From the NCBI GenBank assembly GCA_965228855.1, contig CBDDIJ010000002.1, positions 64,001 to 128,000 on the forward strand: DNA of 64,000 bases. The letters are read 5' to 3'. A program made the position numbers and the translations under genes. The stretch comes from Candidatus Obscuribacterales bacterium (GTDB lineage Bacteria; Cyanobacteriota; Vampirovibrionia; Obscuribacterales; Obscuribacteraceae). Of this stretch, positions 10,122 through 20,540 are shown piece by piece; the stretch's first letter is position 1, and each line of letters opens with the position of its first letter. Below the pieces are notes generated by a model that worked only from the letters and a program-made list of their open reading frames with translations, searched no databases and was not told where the DNA came from.

Positions 10122-10880
10122 ATGACACCCGGCACCATCATCACCATCGCCGCCCTCGTCGGTCTCGTCGTCCTCGTCTGGAAGTGGGACGCCCTCCGCC
10201 AGCTGCTCCGCATCAAGGGCAGCCAGGCCGTCGCCTCCGGCACCACCGCCGTCGAGCGCAACAAGGACCGCTACAAGCAGCTCAAGGCACTCCTCCCCGC
10301 CCAGCGCAACAACGTCGCCAACTGCATGGCCACCGTCGATGACGTGACCAAGGAACTCGGCGAAGCCGAGAAGGCCCTGGACACCATCAAGGACGAGTAC
10401 AAGACCGCCACCGAGATGGGCGCCTCCGAAGCCGCTCTCGACACCCTCGGCAAGCGCTTCGAAGCCGGCGAGCAGAAGGTCGACCGCATCAAGGGTCGCC
10501 TCGCCGAAGCCAAGTCCGCCTCCGACGAAGCCCAGACCGCCCTCGATTCCACCATCGAGAGCATCAAGGCCTTCGGCGACAAGATCGAGGACAGCGAGCT
10601 CGCCAGCAACCTGACCAAGGCCCTCGAGACCGCCGCCGCCGCCAAGCAGCAGGCCAAGGACATCAACGACAAGCTCTCCGAGGCCTCGGCCGACTTCGAC
10701 GCCGTCGACCACGACCTCAACGTCGCTCGCGCCAAGAACAAGCTCGGTGACGGCACCGCCGCAGACCGCGAGCTCGACGAGATCAAGAAGAAGGCCGGCG
10801 CCAAGTCGGGCCGCTCCAAGCTCGACGCGCTGACCAAGGGCACCTCCAACCCGCCCGCCGGCGACCAGCCCCAGAGCTGA
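10122..10880 (+). CDS. PspA/IM30 (ESCRT-III-like) protein with N-terminal TM helix, copy 1
   Basis: 252 aa; TM helix, then helical pattern matching PspA helices (WDALRQLLRIKGSQAVASGTTAVE...TATEMGASEAA); C-terminal ...SKLDALTK. Confidence 0.7.
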   Translation: MTPGTIITIAALVGLVVLVWKWDALRQLLRIKGSQAVASGTTAVERNKDRYKQLKALLPAQRNNVANCMATVDDVTKELGEAEKALDTIKDEYKTATEMGASEAALDTLGKRFEAGEQKVDRIKGRLAEAKSASDEAQTALDSTIESIKAFGDKIEDSELASNLTKALETAAAAKQQAKDINDKLSEASADFDAVDHDLNVARAKNKLGDGTAADRELDEIKKKAGAKSGRSKLDALTKGTSNPPAGDQPQS

Positions 10881-11234
10881 TCGGCATCGTCGTCAACGCT
10901 GAGCTGAACAGCTCCGCTTGAGCTGACTCGCCACTGGCATCAGCATGAGCTGAATTGCCCTCGGCGCCCAGCAGTTCAGAGTTCCGCTGCTGGCTGGGCT
11001 TCCATGCTCAGCCAGCAGTTCCAATCAGAAATAAGCGGTATCACATCCGGTACCGCGCCCTTGTCAGGGTCGCCTATCGCATCACGCCTCGCGTGGTGAG
11101 AGTTTTCCGCGGCACAGCCGTCGCTTGCCGCAGTCTGAGCCTGGCATCGGCTCGTCCGTCGATGCCTTTCCAGGCACGAGCATCCCGCTCTGCCTCACAG
11201 GACCAACGTGTCCAATCTGACTGGAGAAATCAAC

Positions 11235-11993
11235 ATGACCCCCGGTACCATCATCACCATCGCCGCCCTCGTCGGTCTCGTCGTCCTCGTCTGGAAGTGG
11301 GACGCCCTCCGCCAGCTGCTCCGCATCAAGGGCAGCCAGGCCGTCGCCTCCGGCACCACCGCCGTCGAGCGCAACAAGGACCGCTACAAGCAGCTCAAGG
11401 CGCTCCTCCCCGCCCAGCGCAACAACGTCGCCAACTGCATGGCCACCGTCGATGACGTGACCAAGGAACTCGGCGAAGCCGAGAAGGCCCTGGACACCAT
11501 CAAGGACGAGTACAAGACCGCCACCGAGATGGGCGCCTCCGAAGCCGCTCTCGACACCCTCGGCAAGCGCTTCGAAGCCGGCGAGCAGAAGGTCGACCGC
11601 ATCAAGGGTCGCCTTGCCGAAGCCAAGTCCGCCTCCGACGAAGCCCAGACCGCCCTCGATTCCACCATCGAGAGCATCAAGGCCTTCGGCGACAAGATCG
11701 AGGACAGCGAGCTCGCCAGCAACCTGACCAAGGCCCTCGAGACCTCCGCCGCCGCCAAGCAGCAGGCCAAGGACATCAACGACAAGCTCTCCGAGGCCTC
11801 GGCCGACTTCGACGCCGTCGACCACGACCTCAACGTCGCCCGCGCCAAGAACAAGCTCGGTGACGGCACCGCCGCCGACCGCGAGCTCGACGAGATCAAG
11901 AAGAAGGCCGGCGCCAAGTCGGGCCGCTCCAAGCTCGACGCGCTGACCAAGGGCACCTCCAACCCGCCCGCCGGCGACCAGCCCCAGAGCTGA
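11235..11993 (+). CDS. PspA/IM30-like protein, copy 2
   Basis: Same 759 bp with a few SNPs and one Ala>Ser change; GGAGA RBS. Confidence 0.7.
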   Translation: MTPGTIITIAALVGLVVLVWKWDALRQLLRIKGSQAVASGTTAVERNKDRYKQLKALLPAQRNNVANCMATVDDVTKELGEAEKALDTIKDEYKTATEMGASEAALDTLGKRFEAGEQKVDRIKGRLAEAKSASDEAQTALDSTIESIKAFGDKIEDSELASNLTKALETSAAAKQQAKDINDKLSEASADFDAVDHDLNVARAKNKLGDGTAADRELDEIKKKAGAKSGRSKLDALTKGTSNPPAGDQPQS

Positions 11994-12360
11994 TCGGCGA
12001 CCAGGCGTTCGGCTGGCTTGCTGTAAGGCAGGCCGGTCGACGCCAAAACGCCACCAGCATGTTCGTCTGATATGCAAACAAGCTGAGTGGCTCAGTTGAA
12101 AGTACGTTGTTCAGCTGAATTCCGCTGCCGCCTGGGCTTCACGCTCAGTCGGCAGTTTGGTTGCGTATCGACACCGCACCCAGTGTCACCGCATGCTCGC
12201 ACGCGACTTGCGAGTAGTCGAGTTTTCTAAACCGTTCCCAGGTTTGCGAACGGTCGCCTCAGTTCACTTCGCGTCGGCAACATCGCCGGCGTTTTCCGGC
12301 ACGAGCATCCCGCTCGCGCTCCAACGGACCAAGTGTCCAATCTGACTGGAGAATTCAAAC

Positions 12361-13119
12361 ATGACCCCTGGCACCATCATCACCATCGCCGCCCTCGTCG
12401 GTCTCGTCGTCCTCGTCTGGAAGTGGGACGCCCTCCGCCAGCTGCTCCGCATCAAGGGCAGCCAGGCCGTCGCCTCCGGCACCACCGCCGTCGAGCGCAA
12501 CAAGGACCGCTACAAGCAGCTCAAGGCGCTCCTCCCCGCCCAGCGCAACAACGTCGCCAACTGCATGGCCACCGTCGATGACGTGACCAAGGAACTCGGC
12601 GAAGCCGAGAAGGCCCTGGACACCATCAAGGACGAGTACAAGACCGCCACCGAGATGGGCGCCTCCGAAGCCGCTCTCGACACCCTCGGCAAGCGCTTCG
12701 AAGCCGGCGAGCAGAAGGTCGACCGCATCAAGGGTCGCCTCGCCGAAGCCAAGTCCGCCTCCGACGAAGCCCAGACCGCCCTCGATTCCACCATCGAGAG
12801 CATCAAGGCCTTCGGCGACAAGATCGAGGACAGCGAGCTCGCCAGCAACCTGACCAAGGCCCTCGAGACCGCCGCCGCCGCCAAGCAGCAGGCCAAGGAC
12901 ATCAACGACAAGCTCTCCGAGGCCTCGGCCGACTTCGACGCCGTCGACCACGACCTCAACGTCGCTCGCGCCAAGAACAAGCTCGGTGACGGCACCGCCG
13001 CCGACCGCGAGCTCGACGAGATCAAGAAGAAGGCCGGCGCCAAGTCGGGCCGCTCCAAGCTCGACGCGCTGACCAAGGGCACCTCCAACCCGCCCGCCGG
13101 CGACCAGCCCCAGAGCTGA
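12361..13119 (+). CDS. PspA/IM30-like protein, copy 3
   Basis: Protein identical to copy 1; GGAGA RBS. Confidence 0.7.
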   Translation: MTPGTIITIAALVGLVVLVWKWDALRQLLRIKGSQAVASGTTAVERNKDRYKQLKALLPAQRNNVANCMATVDDVTKELGEAEKALDTIKDEYKTATEMGASEAALDTLGKRFEAGEQKVDRIKGRLAEAKSASDEAQTALDSTIESIKAFGDKIEDSELASNLTKALETAAAAKQQAKDINDKLSEASADFDAVDHDLNVARAKNKLGDGTAADRELDEIKKKAGAKSGRSKLDALTKGTSNPPAGDQPQS

Positions 13120-13320
13120 TCGGCGCCTGACTGACTCCGGAAACATCAATCGCGGTTGATGTTTCACCGGCTGGCTGCGTAACTGATTGGAATAAACTTC
13201 CGTCGGTTCCAGCCAGCCGGTTCGGTCGTCAGTCTTTCGAAACGGTTGTAGGACCTGGTCCTTCAGTCGTTTCGATTTTCAAACCAAGTCTGCTAAATGC
13301 CCTAGTAGAAGATTTCGATT

Positions 13321-13447
13321 GTGTCAATGACAGAGCGACGAAATCTGCTAAATCCGTCGCTATGGGATCGACGGAGCTGGTTCTACAATCGGTCTGTCAA
13401 TGACACAGCGACGGAATCCGCTAAATCCGTCGCTCTAGGATTGACAC
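13321..13447. repeat. Two copies of the dispersed ~55-bp palindrome family
   Basis: tgtcaatgaca.agcgacg.aatc.gctaaatccgtcgct...gat.gac at 13321 and 13394. Confidence 0.85.
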
Positions 13448-13496
13448 TGCAGGTCGGCAAAAGAAACACCGGCAGGCACAGCAGTCCAGCCCGTCC

Positions 13497-15574
13497 TTAC
13501 TGCTTGATCACCCAGCGCAACCAGCGCATCGCTTCGGCAACTGCAGTCGCCGAAGCCGGGCAGCCACGCGGCAGCTGCGGTCGGTTTCCGTCAAACATTT
13601 CAGAAATCGAATTCAAACAATCCTCGCTCGAGATATGGTCGAAGATAGGCTGCCAGAGCAGCCGAATGCGATTCACCGTTTCAGGCATCGGCCCGAAAAC
13701 ATTAACGAGCGCATCGCAATACTGCCCAATCAACCAGGGATACGCAGTTCCCTGGTGCCTCGACAAATCCCTGTGATACGGATCCGGATGGGCGAGCCCG
13801 CACCCAAAAACGCCTTGATAGCTCGGGTCCGAAGGCGACAAAGTCCTCACTCCCATCGGAGTAAGTAACTCCTCCTCCACCACCCGCAGTATCGCTTTTT
13901 CCTGATCGACGGAAACGCACGATACGGCAACGACACTGCCAGCAGCTGATTACAGCGGACACTATCGTCCTTCCTCTTACTCTGCGGCACACCCGTATCG
14001 ATAATATCGAACAGGCAAGAGCGCTCCTCGTTCCAAAACTTGCTCATCGAATTCTTGGCTTGCTCAGCCAGTTTCCTCACTCGCGTCGCATCGTCGTGCG
14101 TGACGGTTTCGGCAAAAAAGGCTACTGTTTCCAGGAAGTTATACCAGAGAGCACATAGCTCCACAGCCTTGCCGGAGCGCGGCGTAATCGGCATGCCCTC
14201 TACTTTGGTGCCCATCCAGGTGAATGCTCTGTCCTTATCTGCACATCGAAGCAAACCGTCATCCGGGTCGACGGAAATCCCCTGGTTCGTTCCGTTCACA
14301 AAATGGTCGATTGCGGAAATCATCTCCGGAAGCTGCTCGGCGACCAACTCCTTGTCCTGAGCAACACGGTAATATTTATATAGAGCCCATCCCCACCACA
14401 GAGTCACGTCAGCAGCTTCATAATCGAATCGCGGCTCAGTTTCGCCACTTTTAAGATCCAGCACCCAGTTCGGCATGATACCGTTTTTAATACCAGTCGC
14501 CTGGGCGCGAAAAATGTCTTTAGCGGCATCGAACCGCCGCGTCGAAACAGTCAATCCCGGCAGAGCCAGCATGGCAGCGCGTCCGCCGCTGTTATACCAG
14601 GGATATCCTTCTATAACTGATTTCATCGGTTCATCGTTCCTAGTCGTAACAAGAAACTGATCGCATGCAAGCAGCATCATATCTGCCCTCTGCGAATTAT
14701 CCAGATTTGACCGATCGATAAGTTCCTTTTGACGCGCCACCACCTCTTTCAGAGCAACGCCACAATCCGGCGCCTGCAGAGGCTTTTCATAACTCGCACC
14801 CAAACAAAATGACTTGTCAGCCTGCAACTTCGCCGAAACAGACCCAACTAAATAAAGATCCTCAGTATTCGGAAGTCCCCTGATAGACTCGATCGGCCAG
14901 TCGAAATCCCACCACCACTGCTTCTGCGATTCATATTTGCCATCACCCCAGGTCAGGCACAGACGGCTGTTCTCATCCAATATAATCACGCTCTGATTGG
15001 GAGATACAAACTGCGCATAGGTTTTATCCGCCGACCCATGCAGCTCTCCATGCATATCTCGGAAGCCCACCAAAAATTTGCAAGTCAATTTGACGTCGTT
15101 GCGCGCCGAATCATCTTCCGGAATCCAGTGATATCCCATATGCACTTGATCGGTGCCCCACGGGTGTACCAACTGTTTCACCAAATAGTTTCCATCAAAC
15201 TCGAAAACCCAGGTCGGACAGGGCAGTGGCGTAAACGACTCCATGAACTTATAACCTGTCGGTGATACCACGCCTGATTCCCAATGGTTGGTAGACAGCT
15301 CATAGTCTCGCCCGTTGATTCGCAACACTTCTTCCACGCGAGACAAGATCAGATGCCGGTTCACCATCGGCTTGACAGCAGAAACCAATACCGCATGATA
15401 CCGCCGGCGGTTCGCGCCGGAGATCGTCCCCATCGAAAAACCGCCCAGTCCATTCGTCACCAACCATTCGCGGTTATCCGGCCTGTCGCGCGACGGATAG
15501 ACGACGGGGATCTCGTAATTGAGCTCCGGATATTGAGATTTCAGCCAGCCGATTATGCCGAAAGTCATGCCCAA
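13497..15574 (-). pseudogene. Glycogen debranching enzyme (amylo-alpha-1,6-glucosidase family), split by a 1-nt frameshift near 13911 (real or sequencing error)
   Basis: EWLVTNGLGG, RRYH, EGYPWY, TWM, TPRSGKAVELCALWYN and RCNQLLAVSL; C-terminus ELLTPMGVRTLSP...HQGTAYPWLIG lies in another frame. Confidence 0.85.
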
Positions 15575-15795
15575 CTCTCGCTAAAAAACGCGTGCCGTTT
15601 CATCCAATTTTTATGCGCCATAAGTCCCAGGTTGGAATCGTCGAATCTCTTGTGGTACTTCGTTCCCGGCAGAAACTTTTTCCAACCTCAAATACATAAA
15701 GCTTGGCGCCGGAGCAGTTTAAAAGTTACCTTTCGATTCAAACAAATGCGCCCACCAGCCTACATACGCGATTTCGAAAGCGATACGCCCTGCAA

Positions 15796-16332
15796 TTAAA
15801 CCTTAATCAGAGGCACGCTCTCACTGGAAAGTTTTGAGCGCCGCCACTCCGACGTGTTCCGCGAATGCGAGCCAGCGTCGAGTTTTTGGGCCTCGTCGAA
15901 GCGTTTTAACAGTGTTAAAACATCGCGATAGTTACCCAAAATCATCTTAGTTTCCGGATGGTTCCTTCCCAACATGCGCTCTTTAATTGCGAGCGCTTGT
16001 TTGTAGAACGGCTCCGCATCCGCATATTTGCCCCAGGCGTGATAGAGCATCGCCATGTTGTTCGCAACGATCGCGACGTCAAAGTGATCGCGACCGAGCT
16101 TGCGCTCGTACTTGCGCAAAAGGCGACGCAGCAGAGGCGCCGCCAGGGAAAACTTTTGCTGATACCAGAACGTCTCCGCCAGACTTTCCAAGGTGTAGGT
16201 CAGTCGAACGTCGTCGCCGTTGCCCTCTGCAACTTCAAGCGCTGCCAGAAAATGCTGCTCAGCCGATGGGTAATCGCCAGCCGCGACTGCGGTTTCAGCG
16301 GCACTTATGAAAACGTCGTATTCATCTGGCAT
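15796..16332 (-). CDS. Tetratricopeptide repeat protein
   Basis: TPR motifs NNMAMLYHAWGKYADAEPFYKQALAIKERMLGRNHP; the longer ORF start lies inside the repeat array. Confidence 0.85.
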   Translation of the reverse strand: MPDEYDVFISAAETAVAAGDYPSAEQHFLAALEVAEGNGDDVRLTYTLESLAETFWYQQKFSLAAPLLRRLLRKYERKLGRDHFDVAIVANNMAMLYHAWGKYADAEPFYKQALAIKERMLGRNHPETKMILGNYRDVLTLLKRFDEAQKLDAGSHSRNTSEWRRSKLSSESVPLIKV

Positions 16333-16379
16333 GGCGCAGCACCTGCAAATCCAATTGGAAATATATTGTACCACCGCGT

Positions 16380-17015
16380 CTACTATAAAGCTCCGCACCC
16401 GACACGCTTCGAAACCCGGCATATGCCAACACTCCATCCCTACTATAAAGCTCCGCACTAGACATGCCCCGAAAACAGGCATACGCCTGCACTTACGCTC
16501 AACGAACGCTCTCGCTCACCGCGTTTGTCTATGACAGAATGCCGGAATTCGCGAAATCCGTCGCTCTCTCGTAGCCACGGCATCTCTACTATAAAGCTCC
16601 GCACTAGACAGGCCCTGGAAACAGGCATACGCCCGCACTTACGCTCAACGAACGCTCTCGCTCACCGCGTTTGTCTATGACAGAATGCCGGATTTCCCAA
16701 AATCCGTCGCGCTCTCGTAGCCACGGCATCCCTACTATAAAGCTCCGCACCCGACACGCTTCGAAAACAGGCATACACCTGCACTTACGCTTCACGAAGG
16801 CTCTCGCTCACCGCGTTTGGCTACGACAGAATGCCGGATTTCCCAAAATCCGTCGCTCTCTCGTAGCCACGGCATCCCTACTATAAAGCTCCGCACCCGA
16901 CACGCTTCGAAAACAGGCATACACCTGCACTTACGCTTCACGAACGCTCTCGCTCACCGCGTTTGTCTATGACAGAATGCCGGAATTCGCGAAATCCGTC
17001 GCTCTCTCGTAGCCA
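16380..17015. repeat. Tandem array of four 146-bp units (CTACTATA + palindrome) plus a 60-bp partial unit
   Basis: ctactataaagctccgcac at 16380, 16440, 16586, 16732 and 16878. Confidence 0.97.
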
Positions 17016-17269
17016 AAACGCCCACGAGAATCTGCCTCAATAGATGCACATACTCAAGAAGCTCAGAGGCAAAGGCTTTCAAGGTTTCGTCCCCAAGAAC
17101 TCTTATTGCGCTCTATAGTACTAAGAGGTGTAGCACGCAAAGACAAAAGTGACAGCAAAGAAAAAACGGGCTCGTTAGCCGACCATGCCCAAGGGTTTCC
17201 CCTTGAGACATGGCCGGCTTCGAAACCGCTGATTCTTTAGCCGTCTTTTTCATACTGCTCCTTGCAGAA

Positions 17270-18145
17270 TCAGTCGAGGTTGCGGTGGACCGCGATGGTC
17301 TCGGTGGGAACCCAGGCGCCCTTGCCGTTCTTGGCGTTCTTGTCCCACTTGTGGCGAACGCTGTTGAATTCGAGGCGGAAGTAGTACCCGAAGAACCGCG
17401 CACCCTTGCCGCATGCGAAGAACGAATCCGCGAACCAGTCGAGGGTCACGATCTCTTCGATGTTGGCGATGCGCTCGTCGACTTCCAGCTTCAGGACGAT
17501 GTCGCCCGTGCGGCTGGTGGTGTCGTCGGGCAGGTCCAGAACCAGGTTCGCCTTCTTGATGGAGAAGTTCACCCGGTCGTGAGCAGCATTGCCCCACCAG
17601 TTGTACCTGGCGAGACTCCACTTGCTTCCCCAACCGAAGAACCGCGCCAGCCGAAGGGCAAACGCCTTGTCCGGGCGAACCCGTCCTTCGTCACCGATGC
17701 ACTTGTCGGCGATTACCACAATCGCGTGTTCCGGGGATTGAATCCCGCGCTTGATCACCTTGCCGGCGCGATGCAGGCCGATGATTTCGCAAACACGCGC
17801 GCGCAGGTCGTTCGGAACGCCCTTCCGGTCCAGGTATCCCTTGGCCAGAATTGCGCCTTCGACGTCGTGACGGTCCAGGTCAATGGAACGCCCGATGTCG
17901 TGAAGCCACGCGGCAACCGGAATGACGAACTCCTTCGTGACCTCGTCCATCATGCCCGGAAAAGCCCGGTCAAGCTGAGCGGTCAGACTGAGAGCAAGGT
18001 CGCGCACTTCGTCACCGTGGACGTAGTCGTGGCGCGTCTGCCCCTTCGAGTTCTTGTCACCCTTCTCGTAAACTGCGAGGAGCTCGGGGTCGCGATACAT
18101 CGCGTCCCGAATCTTGATGAGCTCCTGAATGGTCATAGTCGTCAT
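17270..18145 (-). CDS. HD-domain phosphohydrolase
   Basis: H...WLHDIGR...H...H...ADK metal ligands; GGGAG RBS. Confidence 0.85.
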   Translation of the reverse strand: MTTMTIQELIKIRDAMYRDPELLAVYEKGDKNSKGQTRHDYVHGDEVRDLALSLTAQLDRAFPGMMDEVTKEFVIPVAAWLHDIGRSIDLDRHDVEGAILAKGYLDRKGVPNDLRARVCEIIGLHRAGKVIKRGIQSPEHAIVVIADKCIGDEGRVRPDKAFALRLARFFGWGSKWSLARYNWWGNAAHDRVNFSIKKANLVLDLPDDTTSRTGDIVLKLEVDERIANIEEIVTLDWFADSFFACGKGARFFGYYFRLEFNSVRHKWDKNAKNGKGAWVPTETIAVHRNLD

Positions 18146-18418
18146 AATCTCCCTTGGTTTAGAGACGAACACCACCGTGGTGTCCGCCTGTGTTTGTTGA
18201 AAACGAAAACGATGTTCTCGGCGCAGTTTCGGTTTGGACGAACGAACGAGACCCGATCAGCGAAATGCTTAACTACATCTGGCTATTCGGCTTGTCTGTT
18301 TTTCTTTGTCTCTAGTTGTCCTGGTTTTCTTATGCGCTTAAATGAACAACTCAACCTATCAAGCGCCTTTGCGAGATCTCAAGAGGAGCAACATAAACTC
18401 CTACTCATATCCGTCCTT

Positions 18419-18560
18419 CTACTAAATCCCAAAGTATCAACAATCTCCCAAAGCATCCGCAAAACGGGCCTTTCAGGACGGTCAACTCTCCCGACGCTCT
18501 TCGTTGTCTATGAGCGATAGATGCGATGACGATTTTCCAAAAATTCGTCTCGTAAATAGG
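18419..18560. repeat. Degenerate copy of the CTACTATA/palindrome element
   Basis: ctactaaa at 18419; ttgtctatga...gatgacgattttccaaaaattcgtct. Confidence 0.55.
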
Positions 18561-18604
18561 GTTAAGGACGTTACCGCCCGGCACCCGCCTTCCAAAAGTC
18601 AGTC

Positions 18605-18642
18605 AAAAAAAAGAGTGATACCTCAATCGGTACCACTCTTTC
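18605..18642 (-). terminator. Intrinsic terminator
   Basis: aaaaaaaagagtg.tacc...ggtaccactctttt. Confidence 0.65.
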
Positions 18643-18810
18643 AAATTGCTCGCAGGACCGGTGCTGCCCTCGGTAGAAACCATCCCTGGTTACTCTCTTC
18701 TGGAGTACCTGCGTCACGTCAGTCAAACTCTAATTCGGATGATACCGAACTAGAATCTAACATCTCTTTTATGCCCAGTCTGTAGGGTTTTTACGAGAAA
18801 TTGCAGATAA

Positions 18811-20028
18811 TTACGCGGGCGGACCATAAGGTGGTGATGGTGGCGGAGGCGGCGCGCCGCCCTCTCCATGCGAAGAATCGCCAGCTGAGCCAGGTTGAGA
18901 GGCACTACCCGTACCACCAGGAGTGGTATCGAAGTCATCCTCGTCGTAAAACTCATCGCCCTCACCATCAGCGTTATCAGCAACGTCGGCGTTCATCTCT
19001 TCTTCATTTGTGGCATGAAAGGACATCTCAGCTGCAGGCTCTGATGGAGGCATGGGAGCTGGTGTAACCGCAGCTGGTTGGCGTTCTGAGTTTATGAGTG
19101 TCACCAGATGCGCCACCAGACGTTCCGCCTGACTGCGCCCTAATTCGTCCCAGTGAGGGATTCCAAATGTTTTTTCCGAGTATTCATCGGCTTCTTCGTC
19201 AGTCCATCCTATTAAATCGAGGGCGCGACCAAGAACAGTCAAATAGTTTTGGTCAGTGACTTCTCCGAGAGTTACGGCTTCCGAAACGGGCGCCGGAGCA
19301 AATGCCGGCGGCGGCGGTGCCGATGCCCCAGGTGTCGCAGGTGCGCCAGGTGTTGCTGAGGTGCCTGGAGCGCTCGGTGAACTGGAACTCGGAACGCCAA
19401 TCATTGTAGGTGGCGTTGCAGATGTTGATGGACTCTGCTGTTGCGCTGCTGCAGCGGCGGTAGCAGCAGCGGCTGCGGCGGCCGCTGCCTGTATGTGCGG
19501 CGGCGGAGCAGAGGTTCTGATCTCGGGTCCAAGAGTAATTTCTTGAGGAGGCAGGACCGGTCTCGGTTCCTCGCGAACCGGCTCGGCGGGCTCCATTGGC
19601 TGCCAGGGCGAGTCTGTTTCACCCGAAAGTTCTTGCTTCAAAGATAGCGAGATGACGAGCTGTCTGAGTTCATCGATCTGCCTGGAGATCTCGATGAACC
19701 GCCGCTCGCAAAATGTTCGCATTCCGATTAGCGATTCGAGGACGACTTCCGGATTTCCGGGCGGCGTAGGCATGCCGATTAGCTTCGGCGTAATCAAACC
19801 TTCCGCTTCAATCTGCGGGCGAATCTGAGATGTCGGCCACCCCTGCTCGACGAGTTCCTTGATTCGCTCAAGTATGGTCAAATCTTCGGGGCGATACTGA
19901 CGCTGCTGCCCGCGCCCCCGTTTGATTTCCAAGCCGAACATCAGTTCCCAGCGCCGAAGCTGGTGAACCGAGAGCCCCAACCTGGCGGCTACTGTGTTGA
20001 TAGACATCATATGGTCTTGAGACACCAT
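18811..20028 (-). CDS. MerR-type HTH protein with long low-complexity C-terminus
   Basis: SINTVAARLGLSVHQLRRWE...GQQRQYRPEDL..LERIKELVEQGW. Confidence 0.85.
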   Translation of the reverse strand: MVSQDHMMSINTVAARLGLSVHQLRRWELMFGLEIKRGRGQQRQYRPEDLTILERIKELVEQGWPTSQIRPQIEAEGLITPKLIGMPTPPGNPEVVLESLIGMRTFCERRFIEISRQIDELRQLVISLSLKQELSGETDSPWQPMEPAEPVREEPRPVLPPQEITLGPEIRTSAPPPHIQAAAAAAAAATAAAAAQQQSPSTSATPPTMIGVPSSSSPSAPGTSATPGAPATPGASAPPPPAFAPAPVSEAVTLGEVTDQNYLTVLGRALDLIGWTDEEADEYSEKTFGIPHWDELGRSQAERLVAHLVTLINSERQPAAVTPAPMPPSEPAAEMSFHATNEEEMNADVADNADGEGDEFYDEDDFDTTPGGTGSASQPGSAGDSSHGEGGAPPPPPSPPYGPPA

Positions 20029-20250
20029 ACACTCTCCTGTCGTCTGGACCGAAAACGTCAACCTCTACTAGGTTACACGAACTAGCGAAGCTAAGCTAGC
20101 TATGCATTTCGTACCCGCTATTCACGGTTCTAACCGTCCCTTTTTTATCGGAAACCGAAAACTGCCTACTAGATCCATCAGTATCTAGTTTCTCCCGGCA
20201 AGCCCATACTCGGCACCGCTTCGGTTTCGCATCAAATTTCCCGGTCGCCT

Positions 20251-20464
20251 TTGGCTACGCCACAATGACAGATTTCGCCAAAAGCGGCATTCTGTCATAG
20301 ACAAACGCATCGAAGGCGGATCCATCTATCTCCCGAAAGCTAGACCAGAACAGCGACTTGCGATTTAAATTTATACTTCTGCATATAGTAGCGAGATTCC
20401 TAATTCCCGAAAGCCAGCCCAGAACGTCCGCTCCAGCTGTAACGGATACCAACGCATATAGTAG
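20251..20464 (-). repeat. CTACTATA/palindrome element in reverse orientation
   Basis: Reverse complement of 20251-20308 matches the 16521 copy; TATAGTAG at 20384 and 20457. Confidence 0.9.
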
Positions 20465-20540
20465 CACAACTTCAAAAGCGAAGAGGCAGAGACCTGATGG
20501 TCTCTACCTCCCGCCCGCCGTCAGGGCTTAATCTGACGAC

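Noticed and set aside
10122..13119. PspA triplet as a pure assembly artefact
   Set aside because: The copies carry distinct SNPs and the spacers are unique yet homologous. Read-level confirmation is still advisable.
16380..17015. 146-bp array as a CRISPR array, and the ORFs inside it
   Set aside because: Whole units are repeated with no unique spacers. The ORFs are translations of the repeat.
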